Positions 29,149-39,373 of a DNA stretch of 64,000 nt are shown here, one piece after another. Each line of letters begins with the position of its first letter. Position 1 is the first letter of the stretch. The notes under the pieces are model-generated. The model saw only the letters and a program-made list of their open reading frames with translations, had not been told where the DNA came from and ran no database searches. The stretch is from positions 71,866 through 135,865 of IMG/VR virus record IMGVR_UViG_3300050034_000187. The stretch is one strand, 5' to 3'. This DNA comes from a virus. A program made the translations under genes and the position numbers.

Positions 29149-31362
29149 ATGGCATTTACTAATCAGCAAATTCATTTCTTTCAAAATATTCTTACTAATG
29201 GCTTGCAAGTTGCCATGCAATTTGAACAAACAATCATTACCACCGATCATATTGCGTATGCTATTTTAGGCATTGGTGAAATTCAGCAACATTTAATTCG
29301 GGGTGGAATTGATCATACTGCCATGTGCGCAGAATTAAAAGATTTTCTCGAAGAGCAAATGGTTATGAAACCAATGGGTCAGTTGGGTGGTAAAACTCAA
29401 AAGGTAACTGATATTTGCATGGCGGCGGCTTCTAAGTCAGATAGAGAAAAGCGGGATGTCGATGTAATTGATGTTCTTCTTGAAATTTTCCATGATGAGA
29501 AGTCAAATGCTGCATATCTTATGCACAAATATGGAATTACGGAAGGAAGTCTATTGGAAATTCAAAAATCGGAAACTCCCAATCCACTTGAAGATTTTTG
29601 CATTAATTTAAATGAAAAAGTCAAGACTTCAAGCGATCCTTTGATTGGACGAGAAAAAGAACTATTTGCTATTTCTCATTCAATGTCTAGAAAGAGTAAA
29701 AATTCGGTATGCCTTATTGGCGAACCGGGCGTTGGTAAGTCGGCGGTTGTAGAAGGATTAGCACAGAGAATTAATTCTGGAAATGTACCAGAAAATCTAA
29801 AGGGAAAGATTATTTACAGTTTGAATGTCGGTGAAATTCTGGCTGGCTGCAATCTTCGCGGCGACTTTGAAGAAAAGATAAAGAATATCCTGCATGCCTT
29901 GGTGCAAAATAAGAAGGCTATTCTATTCATTGATGAAGCACATCAAATGGATGCTGGCGCTGGCAGTGGAACATCGCAGGGCATGTCGTTTTCAAATATG
30001 TTCAAACCAGAGCTAAGTCGAGGAAGAATCAAAGTAATTGCCGCAACAACATGGGAAGGTTATAGAACAACTTTTGAAAAAGACTCAGCATTAATGCGGA
30101 GATTTCGTATTGTGACCGTCGATGAACCGTCGCCGGAAGACACTCTTCTTATTCTAAATGGATTAAAAAAGGGTCTTGAAGATTTTCATCATACTATTAT
30201 CAAGAATGAAGCAATTAATGCTGCCGTGGAACTTTCTGTAAAATATATTCATGGCCGATTCCTACCAGATAAAGCCATTGATATTATTGATTCCGTGTGT
30301 GCTCGAAATAAGATTTCTACTAAAGAAGCTGCCATTACTAAAGAAATGGTTGTAAAAGAAGTATCAGATCAAAGCGGAATTCCAATTAATTTTGAAGAAA
30401 ACTCTAAGGAAAATACTAATCATATTCTTGGAATTTCTGATGAAATTAAACAAGTGGTATTTAATCAAAATGAAGCAGTAGATAGCGTTTGCGAAGGAAT
30501 TCTTATTTCTTCTGCCGGATTATCTGATGGCAAACCAGCCTCATATCTTCTTGCAGGGCCTAGCGGAGTAGGTAAAACTTATCTTGCTAAGACGGTCGCA
30601 GCAAAAACTGGCATGCATTTTCTTCGATATGATATGTCAGAATATTCAGAGAAGCATACTAGCAGTAAATTAATTGGATGCCCTCCGGGATATGTCGGAC
30701 ACGATTCAGAAGTCGGTGAGGGAATGCTGGTACATGATCTTATCAAGCATCCTAACTCAGTTATTCTTTTTGATGAAATTGAAAAAGCGCATTCATCAAT
30801 TTCAACGGTGTTTTTGCAATTATTGGATGAAGGGCGTATTACCGGATCAACCGGAAAAACTGCCAATGCCAGAAATTGCATCATTATGTTTACTAGCAAT
30901 CTTGGATCAAGTGATGCAAATAAAGGACCTCTTGGATTTAATAAGAGTTCATCTCAACCAAGTGCAATTAGCAAAGCCGTCGATAGTTTCTTTCTAACTG
31001 AATTACGAGGAAGATTAACAAAAATTATTGAATTTAATCCACTTGATGATCTATCTTATCGAAAGATTGTAGTTAATCGAGTAAATGAACTTGGTAAATT
31101 ACTATCTAACCGAAATATTATCATCGTTCCAAGTGAAAATTTAATTGATCATATCATTTCTTTGAATGATGCAAAACAATTTGGCGCACGAAAAATTAAT
31201 AACTTGGTTGATAGTATCATCAAACTCCCCCTAAGCATTTCTCTTCTTAAAGGAGAAATTACAAACAACAATACCATCTCTCTTGACTGGAAATTGCAGA
31301 AGCTAAATATCAGTGCAAAGAAGTTGCGCAAAACAAAAGTAACTTCTGCAATCACAGTATAA
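29149..31362 (+). CDS. clpA: ClpA-type double AAA+ chaperone
   Basis: Clp N-domain; DPLIGRE; GEPGVGKS; IDEAH; RFLPDKAID; GPSGVGKT; DEIEKAH; LGF loop; GAR. Confidence 0.92.
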   Translation: MAFTNQQIHFFQNILTNGLQVAMQFEQTIITTDHIAYAILGIGEIQQHLIRGGIDHTAMCAELKDFLEEQMVMKPMGQLGGKTQKVTDICMAAASKSDREKRDVDVIDVLLEIFHDEKSNAAYLMHKYGITEGSLLEIQKSETPNPLEDFCINLNEKVKTSSDPLIGREKELFAISHSMSRKSKNSVCLIGEPGVGKSAVVEGLAQRINSGNVPENLKGKIIYSLNVGEILAGCNLRGDFEEKIKNILHALVQNKKAILFIDEAHQMDAGAGSGTSQGMSFSNMFKPELSRGRIKVIAATTWEGYRTTFEKDSALMRRFRIVTVDEPSPEDTLLILNGLKKGLEDFHHTIIKNEAINAAVELSVKYIHGRFLPDKAIDIIDSVCARNKISTKEAAITKEMVVKEVSDQSGIPINFEENSKENTNHILGISDEIKQVVFNQNEAVDSVCEGILISSAGLSDGKPASYLLAGPSGVGKTYLAKTVAAKTGMHFLRYDMSEYSEKHTSSKLIGCPPGYVGHDSEVGEGMLVHDLIKHPNSVILFDEIEKAHSSISTVFLQLLDEGRITGSTGKTANARNCIIMFTSNLGSSDANKGPLGFNKSSSQPSAISKAVDSFFLTELRGRLTKIIEFNPLDDLSYRKIVVNRVNELGKLLSNRNIIIVPSENLIDHIISLNDAKQFGARKINNLVDSIIKLPLSISLLKGEITNNNTISLDWKLQKLNISAKKLRKTKVTSAITV

Positions 31363-31375
31363 TCGGAGAATTAAT

Positions 31376-31549
31376 ATGGCAAAAATAGTAGAAGAAGTTA
31401 TCGCAGTAAAAGTAAGTTATCTAATAAAAGAGGGAGAAGACGCCGCCGATTCTATTGGCATTCTTCAAGATAATGTTATTGATGATATTTCAAAGGCGGT
31501 AACTTCTGCTATTAATAACTCAGCAGTTTTGGTTGAGGTAGTTAAGTAG
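31376..31549 (+). CDS. small hypothetical protein (57 aa, not in the ORF track)
   Basis: RBS GGAG; MAKIVEEVIAVKVSYLIKE... Confidence 0.6.
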   Translation: MAKIVEEVIAVKVSYLIKEGEDAADSIGILQDNVIDDISKAVTSAINNSAVLVEVVK

Positions 31550-31923
31550 TGAATCAAACCATTATTTCTGGATTACGAATCGATGAAGATAATAATCCAA
31601 CAGCAAATTCGTATGTAAGTATGCCGGTCATCGGTGACGGCATACTTCATCGTGCATCTGGTAAACATACTTTATATGTACACACCATGCATTTTACTGG
31701 AAATGTTGTTATTGAAGCAACTATGGGAGCAGATTCTAACATTGGACCATATTTAACTATCCCTATAACAAATACAATGTATGGTAATTCAATCGATACT
31801 TTAAATTTTTCAAATACTACTACCCATGATTTTTATACCATTCTTGGACAATATACTTATATTCGAGCCAATGTTCAATCTATGTCAGCAGGAATTCTTG
31901 CCAGTATTACTTTAACAATTTGA
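31549..31923 (+). CDS. beta-rich hypothetical protein, possibly structural
   Basis: HT...F.G...IEAT...G.Y.YIRA pattern. Confidence 0.5.
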   Translation: MNQTIISGLRIDEDNNPTANSYVSMPVIGDGILHRASGKHTLYVHTMHFTGNVVIEATMGADSNIGPYLTIPITNTMYGNSIDTLNFSNTTTHDFYTILGQYTYIRANVQSMSAGILASITLTI

Positions 31924-31969
31924 AATCACTTAATAACTCAGAAATATTATCATCATACGAAATCTCTAA

Positions 31970-32085
31970 TGAACTACTGCGACCCTAAAGGGTAACAGTT
32001 TCCTGCTTCATCGATATAGCTTTCATATCTCCACAGGCATTTTTACTGGTGACAATTCCTGCCATACCAATCTTTAAAATATTAA
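31970..32085 (-). ncRNA. orphan IS200/IS605 right end / TnpB omega-RNA scaffold remnant
   Basis: minus strand reads ...GCCTGTGGAG...CGATGAAGCAGGAA..CTTTAG..GTAGTTCA, the recurring tnpB 3'-end/right-end pattern; no tnpB ORF. Confidence 0.7.
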
Positions 32086-32190
32086 AACTGGAGTTTGACT
32101 ACTAACATATATAACATTGTTATGAGAATATTTTGAACCATGCGTAAGTTTTGCTTTTAATATAAAACTATCTCTCGTATCTTTTTCCAT
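32074..32190 (-). pseudogene. truncated homing-endonuclease-type N-terminus (38 aa)
   Basis: MEKDTRDSFILKAKLTHGSKYSHNNVIYVSSQTPVLIF*, resembling the FI.KA...HG.KY.Y..V.Y repeat of phage homing endonucleases. Confidence 0.5.
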
Positions 32191-32232
32191 ACCTATATTT
32201 AACAACTATAAATACTCGCATCAAGGAGAATT

Positions 32233-33159
32233 ATGCAACTTCAAGTTACAAAAGAACAAATTGAATTTCTGCGCACTCAACATCTAGCAATTATGACTCC
32301 CATGTATGGTGGTCTTTGTTATTCAAATTATGTCTCCGCTCTATTAGAACTCAACAAAATTGCGTTACAAATTGGTATGAAAATTTCTTTTATGCCGCTA
32401 GTAAATGAGTCACTCATCCCCCGGGCGAGAAATACTTTGGTCGCAAGAGCATTAATGGATGAATCAGTTACTAAGCTATTATTCATTGATGCCGATATTT
32501 CATTTACCCCATTTCAGATTATTCAAATGATGCTTCATGAGAAGGAAGTAATTGGTGGATTATATCCAAAGAAAACTCTTCCTATTGATTATGTTGTTAA
32601 TGTTGATCCAATTGCGGTTGATGCCGAAGGGAAGATTAAAAACAAAGATGGATTGATTCCGGTTACTCGCATGGGAACTGGCATGATGATGATTGATAGA
32701 TCAGTTTTTGAAAAGTTAATGGTTGCCTTTCCCACTCTTCAATTTAATAACAATATTGGTCAACCTCCCGAGATTAATAAGTATATGTATGCATTTTTTG
32801 ATTGCTGGATTACTACTGATAAGACGCGGGAATATGTGTCAGAGGATTGGGCATTCTGCCAATTGGTTCGTTCAATCGGAATTGAGATTTGGATGGATCA
32901 ATCGATTCGATGTGATCACACCGGCACATTTACTTATCCAGCATTTCCAGATGCTCTTTATCAACGATTTGGGATTGAAACCGCCAAGGATGATAAAAAA
33001 TATGCTCCGCATATTGCCGTCCGCCCAGATGAAGTTGATGAAAACGGAAAAATTGCAATGCCAACTCAGCCAGACTTAGATGCCCTAAAGAAATGGGAAG
33101 AAAGTAAAACTAAAAAAATTGAAATTGCAGAATGCTTTGGAAATATTAAAATTGTATAA
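32233..33159 (+). CDS. GT-A-fold glycosyltransferase-like protein
   Basis: TPMYGG, NESLIPRARN, LLFIDADI (DxD), GTGMMMI, SEDW.FC; TATAAATA upstream. Confidence 0.8.
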   Translation: MQLQVTKEQIEFLRTQHLAIMTPMYGGLCYSNYVSALLELNKIALQIGMKISFMPLVNESLIPRARNTLVARALMDESVTKLLFIDADISFTPFQIIQMMLHEKEVIGGLYPKKTLPIDYVVNVDPIAVDAEGKIKNKDGLIPVTRMGTGMMMIDRSVFEKLMVAFPTLQFNNNIGQPPEINKYMYAFFDCWITTDKTREYVSEDWAFCQLVRSIGIEIWMDQSIRCDHTGTFTYPAFPDALYQRFGIETAKDDKKYAPHIAVRPDEVDENGKIAMPTQPDLDALKKWEESKTKKIEIAECFGNIKIV

Positions 33160-33373
33160 GATAAGGGCCATTAAAATGGCCCTTTCGTTTGGAGAAAAAT
33201 ATGATTAAAAGATTAATAGGCGCTCATAGATTTTTCATTGAGAAAAGTCCACATTATCTTTTTGATAATTACAAAGAATATAAGAAATATAAAAGAGAAT
33301 ATTACTTTAATTTCTCTCTTGCATATGTCAGATTTATGTGGTATACTATTAAAGATGAATGGAAAGGATACTC

Positions 33374-34537
33374 ATGGAAAAAATTTTAAATAGTGAATTA
33401 AATAAGTGGTTATATTCGTCACCTAATCAGGATGATTCAATGTGTAGCAAACTAATTCCTTATTTGGAATATCTTGCTAATACAAAGATGAGTAAAATTA
33501 GATTTTTTACTCGGCTAGAATCCGTGTTTTCAATTCAGTTCATAGATGATTCAAACACCGAAAGTTGCTTTACTTTTTCTTTTCCGCCATTGGACGATGC
33601 AACGTATTTTGATGAAACTTTAATTAAATACAATCTAATTCCAAAAAAATACTATAAGGAATTCAAGAATAAGATTTTTGGGAAAATTAGCTCATTTTAT
33701 AAAGTGGGAGATATTATTCAATATGCAGATGGAATTGGGCGCATTGTTGAGAGCGAATATTTTCCAGAAATTAAACAGTCTGATCTAGTAGACCTGCAAC
33801 CTCGTTCATCTCTTTGGGGATACGCAATTGATAATGGAATTGAGCGAGATTATATTCATCTTATTAGTCTTAAAGAAGATGATATTTTGCAGAAGGCAAA
33901 CAAGGCTATCGCTGATAATTTTGCAAAATCTTATCCAGAAAAAGACTTTTCCAAAGAGAGAGAAGATTATTACTCCGAGAAAACCAAGCTCAAGAAACAG
34001 CGAACTGATGAAATTGCCGCAATGAAAGATGTTCAATATAATACGGGAGATTTTTTATTTATTCCAGATGATATTGGCGGATTTCATATGATCATCGAGA
34101 TTGTTGAAATGAAGGATAACTCCATTAAGTATAATACCAGATTTGTTGGTGGAAATACCGGCAAACCAATCACTCTTACTTCTCCCGATTCCATTATGGA
34201 TAAGTGGAGAGAAACTGTTACCAAAAAACTTTCATCAGAAGAAGCTGATACATTTATGAAAGATGGGCGCGATCCTATCTATGATTGGAATCGAAAAGAT
34301 ATTCGGCATGGTGGGGAAGCTTCAAAAAAGGAAACTAAAATTGTTGCTGGTGATCATTATCAATTGGCAATGAACGGCATGGAGTTTGTTTATGAGATTA
34401 TCAAAGTAACTGAAAAGGAAGTTACTTATAAATCTAGAATTTCCTCAACTAAAAAATGGGGAAAGAAAATTGTAAAACCTCTTATTCCATTTGAAAAATG
34501 GTTATCCAATGGAGTTAGCAAAGTTACCGAAAAATAA
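33374..34537 (+). CDS. hypothetical protein with several KOW/SH3-like modules
   Basis: YKVGDII, YNTGDFL, IVAGDHY motifs. Confidence 0.5.
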   Translation: MEKILNSELNKWLYSSPNQDDSMCSKLIPYLEYLANTKMSKIRFFTRLESVFSIQFIDDSNTESCFTFSFPPLDDATYFDETLIKYNLIPKKYYKEFKNKIFGKISSFYKVGDIIQYADGIGRIVESEYFPEIKQSDLVDLQPRSSLWGYAIDNGIERDYIHLISLKEDDILQKANKAIADNFAKSYPEKDFSKEREDYYSEKTKLKKQRTDEIAAMKDVQYNTGDFLFIPDDIGGFHMIIEIVEMKDNSIKYNTRFVGGNTGKPITLTSPDSIMDKWRETVTKKLSSEEADTFMKDGRDPIYDWNRKDIRHGGEASKKETKIVAGDHYQLAMNGMEFVYEIIKVTEKEVTYKSRISSTKKWGKKIVKPLIPFEKWLSNGVSKVTEK

Positions 34538-34578
34538 TTAAAGTAAAGGGAGATGCCATCATCTCCCTAAATATAAGT

Positions 34579-35463
34579 ATGGCGAATAACACTTATCAAA
34601 CAAGCTGGAATACAATTTTAAATGCGTTAACTAAAGCTGATCGTGGCGCATATAAATGCACATATATTGCGCAGGTAGAACGCAGCAAAGTTGGCACAAA
34701 TTCATATAGAGTATTACATACTTATACCGGCTCGGTATCTCCTGTACAAGGGCACCCATGGTCAACTTCTGCTACTATCTATTTTTCTGGTAATAGTACA
34801 TTATCGCCAACACCAGATGGAACCACCACTATTTTTACTATTCCAAATTCAGCAGTAGTAGATGGCAGTTTAATTATTTCATATAATGGATTAGTACTTA
34901 ATCCAGATAAAGATTATACAATAAGTGATCAAACCATAACAATGTCATTTGCTCCGAGCGCATCCATGATATTGTCTGCATTTTATATATACAGCGTAGA
35001 AACCATTGCTGGATATTATGTAGAGGCTCCCACCGGAACAATTGATGGAAGTAATGTTACTTTTACTACCAGCGAATCAGCACGCCCGTCTACCAGCCTT
35101 AGAACGTTTTTAAATGGCCTTCTGTTAGTACCAATCACAGACTATACTTATTCCGGGACTACTATTACTTCAAATATAACCATTCCATCCGGAGAATTGC
35201 TTTTATGTGAATACCGAACAGTTAATGCAGAAGAAGGTGGATATACATTTGTAGATTATGAAATTCCGTCAGGAACTATTAATGGGAGCAACACTACCTT
35301 TACCTTGGTCAATGCGCCATCACCAACTGATTATACTCAAATTTTTTATCGAGGAGAATTGTTGACATTGGGAGATGATTATTCATTATCAGATTCCACT
35401 ATCACTTTTAATTTTGCTCCAATAACAGGATCATATCTATATGCATTCTACGTACATGAATAG
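34579..35463 (+). CDS. virion structural protein with 3 beta-repeat domains
   Basis: three P.G..(D/N)G.N..FT...NG..L....DY..S...IT repeats; TAAATA upstream. Confidence 0.65.
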   Translation: MANNTYQTSWNTILNALTKADRGAYKCTYIAQVERSKVGTNSYRVLHTYTGSVSPVQGHPWSTSATIYFSGNSTLSPTPDGTTTIFTIPNSAVVDGSLIISYNGLVLNPDKDYTISDQTITMSFAPSASMILSAFYIYSVETIAGYYVEAPTGTIDGSNVTFTTSESARPSTSLRTFLNGLLLVPITDYTYSGTTITSNITIPSGELLLCEYRTVNAEEGGYTFVDYEIPSGTINGSNTTFTLVNAPSPTDYTQIFYRGELLTLGDDYSLSDSTITFNFAPITGSYLYAFYVHE

Positions 35464-35471
35464 GAGTTTGT

Positions 35472-35987
35472 TTGAAAATACCGGAAATTACTACCAAATT
35501 TTTTATAGATATGGACGGAGTGTTAGCTGACCTAAAATCAGCTATAGCTGAATATAATATGGTTTCCATGGATGAAATAGAAAAATATTATTGGGGAGGA
35601 CCATATTGGAATAATATGATGATGAATGCCAATATGAGAGACATTTTTGCAAATCTAAATTGGATGCCGCAAGCAAAAGAGTTATTGTCATTTTTTAATG
35701 ATAGAGAAATTCCCTATACTTTCCTTTCTAGACCAGCAGATGAACCAAAAACTTTTGATTGTATTTCTGGCAAGATGGCATGGCTACATTCTCATAAGTT
35801 GGATGATCATCCAGTAATATTTGAATTTGATAAAGAAAAATATTCTGGATTAGATCATGTATTGATTGATGATGATCCTTATAATATTTCAAAATGGAAT
35901 GATGCTGGTGGAATTGGAATGTTATATTCTGTAAATAGATATGATGAAATATTAGACGAGGTTGAACATATTCTAAATGAAGATTAA
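35472..35987 (+). CDS. HAD-family 5'(3')-deoxyribonucleotidase
   Basis: FIDMDGVLAD; K..W; LIDD; W..AGG.G. Confidence 0.85.
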   Translation: MKIPEITTKFFIDMDGVLADLKSAIAEYNMVSMDEIEKYYWGGPYWNNMMMNANMRDIFANLNWMPQAKELLSFFNDREIPYTFLSRPADEPKTFDCISGKMAWLHSHKLDDHPVIFEFDKEKYSGLDHVLIDDDPYNISKWNDAGGIGMLYSVNRYDEILDEVEHILNED

Positions 35988-36618
35988 TGAAGTTATAAAT
36001 AATGATTTAGATAATATACTTGATACAATATCCCAAGAATGCTCAGATTTTCTCGAAGAGGGTGGGTGGCAATTATTGTTCCGAGGAATTAAAAATGCAA
36101 ATTCTCCTACCTTACTATCTCAATCAAGAGAAGGTAGGAGAGCCAAAGATTCTTCATGGCAATGGCAAGAAGCAATTGATACTAAATTAAAGGAAGCTGG
36201 ATATTCTGCATTACGAAGTAATAGTATTTTCGTATCTGGAAATCAGCAAGTTGCACAAGCGTACGGAGATTTATATTGCATATTCCCCATTGATGGATTT
36301 CAATATACATGGTCCGGAGAAATCAGAGATATTTTTGCAGAGTATTCTACTGATGAATATAATTGGGATAGATGGACCAAACATGTTAGTATTAATCCAA
36401 AAACCGATCCACTTCTTGCTAAATCATATAATTTTTTTGTTGATTTAAAAACGTTAACAGGAAAAGAATTTGCAGGTAAATATGCCTTTGAAAATTCTGA
36501 TTTAAAAGATGCAATCAATTCTAAGCATGAGATTTATATACGAGGAAGTTATTATGCAATATTATATAAGAAATTAGAAGACATGGGATATGCAGAAAAT
36601 TGGAGGCTATTTCTTTAA
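35977..36618 (+). CDS. putative ART-fold protein (paralog family), MKINEV start
   Basis: CS.FL..LFRG, RSNSIFVS...A..YG..Y.IFP, HEIY. Confidence 0.55.
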   Translation: MKINEVINNDLDNILDTISQECSDFLEEGGWQLLFRGIKNANSPTLLSQSREGRRAKDSSWQWQEAIDTKLKEAGYSALRSNSIFVSGNQQVAQAYGDLYCIFPIDGFQYTWSGEIRDIFAEYSTDEYNWDRWTKHVSINPKTDPLLAKSYNFFVDLKTLTGKEFAGKYAFENSDLKDAINSKHEIYIRGSYYAILYKKLEDMGYAENWRLFL

Positions 36619-37178
36619 TGAAAATTTTAATAATTTTATCGGGAGGGTATCATCCAATTTCACCACACCATGTTTATCTGTGGAATAAATTAAATAATGA
36701 ATTCCCATCTGCTGATATTTTCTTAGCTGCCAGTAATAATACAAAAACTCGTCCATTTCCGTTTATATGCAAACAATTTTTAGCAAGTCAAGCAGGAATT
36801 CCATCAAATCATTTTATTCAGGTGTCTCAACCTTATAAACCCATTGAAATTACGTCTTGCTATGATCCAGCAAAAACTATCTTAATTATGCCGCTTTCTT
36901 CAAAAGATTCTAATAGATTTATAATGAATTCTTCTAGTTACTTTCAACCATTTTCTCAAATTGATGATTGTACTGCGATGAATAATCATGGTTATATAAT
37001 GAATATTCCTTCTATTAAATATCATTTAAATGGCTCCATTATATCATCGGCAAGTCAAATAAGAGATATGTATCATACTTCTAAAAATAAAAGTGAATTT
37101 CTAAAAATGTTATATCCTCATTGTACCGACTTATATAAAATAAAACAAATTTTTGATGCTGTTCTTGGGAATGCTTAA
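36618..37178 (+). CDS. HIGH-like nucleotidyltransferase (cytidyltransferase-like)
   Basis: GGYHPISPHH, RPFPF..K, SASQIR. Confidence 0.65.
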   Translation: MKILIILSGGYHPISPHHVYLWNKLNNEFPSADIFLAASNNTKTRPFPFICKQFLASQAGIPSNHFIQVSQPYKPIEITSCYDPAKTILIMPLSSKDSNRFIMNSSSYFQPFSQIDDCTAMNNHGYIMNIPSIKYHLNGSIISSASQIRDMYHTSKNKSEFLKMLYPHCTDLYKIKQIFDAVLGNA

Positions 37179-37205
37179 TGCATTCCCATTTTGTTAAATA
37201 CTATT

Positions 37206-37412
37206 ATGAAAATATCTGAAGTAGTTAAACATATCTTTCCAAAACATATCAAGAAAATTGATTGTGAAAATTGTAGTGGAACTGGCTTCGTAAAAGGCAG
37301 CAGAGATGGGAAAAGCTATTCCAAGAAATGTCCAACTTGCCATGGTTGGGGATGGTTCCCGGAAAAAAGCGAACCGGACATTCAAAAAATTCGAGCAAAT
37401 GATAAAGATTAA
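37206..37412 (+). CDS. small DnaJ-type Zn-finger protein, MKISEV start
   Basis: CENCSGTG and CPTCHGWG. Confidence 0.65.
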   Translation: MKISEVVKHIFPKHIKKIDCENCSGTGFVKGSRDGKSYSKKCPTCHGWGWFPEKSEPDIQKIRANDKD

Positions 37413-37435
37413 TAAATACCGATAGGAGATTTATA

Positions 37436-37870
37436 ATGGATAATTTCAAAATTAGATTAAGAATTTTAAGTGCATCAGTTTTTTGCTTATATTTAAAAAC
37501 ACACAATTATCATTTGAACACCATCGGCCCCTCGTTTTATCAAATCCATTTACTTTTAGATAATCAATGGAAATTTTTAATAGACAGTTGGGATTCGTTA
37601 TCTGAGCAAATTCGAGCATTGGATATGTATGCTCCAGCAACGTTGCATGAATTTTCAACTTTATCAGCGGTGCAAGATGGCAAGCAAAATACAGAAGCAT
37701 ACGAAATGCTTCGAGAATTATTGATTGATAATGAAAGAGTTTTACAATTATATACAGAAGTCAATGATATGGCTACCGGGCATATTGGCTTACAAAATTT
37801 AATTACAACCAATGCGCAAGAACATGAAAAAATGTGTTTCTTTCTACGAAGCATGATTGGTAAAAAATAA
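37436..37870 (+). CDS. dps: Dps-like ferritin
   Basis: YLKTHNYH.N..GP.FYQIH; D...EQIRAL; HEK. Confidence 0.8.
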   Translation: MDNFKIRLRILSASVFCLYLKTHNYHLNTIGPSFYQIHLLLDNQWKFLIDSWDSLSEQIRALDMYAPATLHEFSTLSAVQDGKQNTEAYEMLRELLIDNERVLQLYTEVNDMATGHIGLQNLITTNAQEHEKMCFFLRSMIGKK

Positions 37871-38589
37871 TGAGATTAAAAGAATTTTGCGGAACTAGCT
37901 CAGGAAGTATTTCAACGGGAATGGCATCTGGTTCAATCCCAGATGGTCAATTCTTTGGCGGAGATCCAGCATCTTCAATTTACCCATCCATAAAAAAGCA
38001 TAGGGATGATCGGGAAGAAGTTGTTGATGAAACCAGCAAGAAGATGGGTCCGCAGAAGCATCCGAAGGCTCTAGGACCGACTGAGAAGGTTAAAAAGGTA
38101 TCACCCCTGCTCGGAACTAATAAGAACGTCATAGCCACTGACAAATTCGTTGGGGAAAGCGCCCATTTAGGAAAAGCTGGATTTATTCCGTATTATAAAG
38201 ATGGGAAGGATATCTTCATGAAATTTGTTATTTCGTCTGATCCAGAATATGGTGGAAGCAAACCTATGATTGCCAAAGGACATATTGATGCGGGAGAAGA
38301 TGCATATACCGCAGCAGTAAGAGAAGCTCACGAAGAATGCGGATTGATATCTTCTAATTTAATTTCCAATACCATTAAAGTTGGATGGAGAGGAAATATT
38401 ACTGGTATGACCGAAACGGCTCCAATGACAATTTATATTGGAGAAGTTCAAAATCCAAATAATTTTGATAAACCCGGATATGAAGTATCTAAAACTGTAT
38501 GGATGACAATGGAAGAATATACTGCCAATGGTAGAAAATCTCAATTGGGTGTCGTTCAATCTTGCTACAATAATATAGGAAACGATTAA
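37870..38589 (+). CDS. NUDIX hydrolase with N-terminal extension (MRLKEF start)
   Basis: KGHIDAGEDAYTAAVREAHEECG NUDIX box. Confidence 0.85.
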   Translation: MRLKEFCGTSSGSISTGMASGSIPDGQFFGGDPASSIYPSIKKHRDDREEVVDETSKKMGPQKHPKALGPTEKVKKVSPLLGTNKNVIATDKFVGESAHLGKAGFIPYYKDGKDIFMKFVISSDPEYGGSKPMIAKGHIDAGEDAYTAAVREAHEECGLISSNLISNTIKVGWRGNITGMTETAPMTIYIGEVQNPNNFDKPGYEVSKTVWMTMEEYTANGRKSQLGVVQSCYNNIGND

Positions 38590-39359
38590 TCGTTTCCTAT
38601 ATTATTTAATAAACCATTTCCATATTTAGATCGAAGAATATTAATATATTCTTTTGCTTTGACATTTATCAGATAGCATTTGCTATCAGTCCATAATTCA
38701 CGAGGATCATTGCTTGCTTCTGGTAATCCTTCAATTGGTACTACCGAAAATCCCAAGTTTACTGGATCATACATTTCATCTAGATAAACAATCATCTCTG
38801 CATCAGTTTTAATATTTATATCATTGTTAAATATACTAGCTGCCAAACCATCATAATGCATATCTCGGATCATAGATTGATAACTACTATCTGAAATACC
38901 ATAAGATGAATATATTCTATTCCACTCATACATGCGTCTTCCTTGAATATTAGTTAACCATATATCTCTTTGCGGGCAAATTCCTATCTTTGCACCATTA
39001 AATGGTAGCACAATATAAACTCCACCGTTTTTATCATTGTCCTGACTGAATAATTCAGCGACATGCCGACTGGTAGAACATATCAACGACTTACTTCTTT
39101 TTGGATAGTTCTGCCAACTTGGAAGATTATCGATCAATAAAGTATAATAATTTTCTGTATTTGCACTTTTTCTTTGAGAAGCCGATGGATCAACTAACAT
39201 TACGGGAAGAGTATTAATTCTAGTTCCTCGAAATATCATTTTTCCATTAGAACAAGCTTCTAAAGCATCAGAACAGCGCCCTTCTATCTTTGCAAAATTA
39301 TCATTAGCTTTGCCGTTCTTTTCAAAAACTTCATATTTTAATACTTCATTTATTCTCAT
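38586..39359 (-). CDS. putative R-S-E ART-fold protein (paralog family), MRINEV start
   Basis: IFRG, RKSANTENYYT, PKRSKSLICSTS, ELW; TATAAATA upstream. Confidence 0.6.
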   Translation of the reverse strand: MRINEVLKYEVFEKNGKANDNFAKIEGRCSDALEACSNGKMIFRGTRINTLPVMLVDPSASQRKSANTENYYTLLIDNLPSWQNYPKRSKSLICSTSRHVAELFSQDNDKNGGVYIVLPFNGAKIGICPQRDIWLTNIQGRRMYEWNRIYSSYGISDSSYQSMIRDMHYDGLAASIFNNDINIKTDAEMIVYLDEMYDPVNLGFSVVPIEGLPEASNDPRELWTDSKCYLINVKAKEYINILRSKYGNGLLNNIGND

Positions 39360-39373
39360 ATAAGTATTTATAA

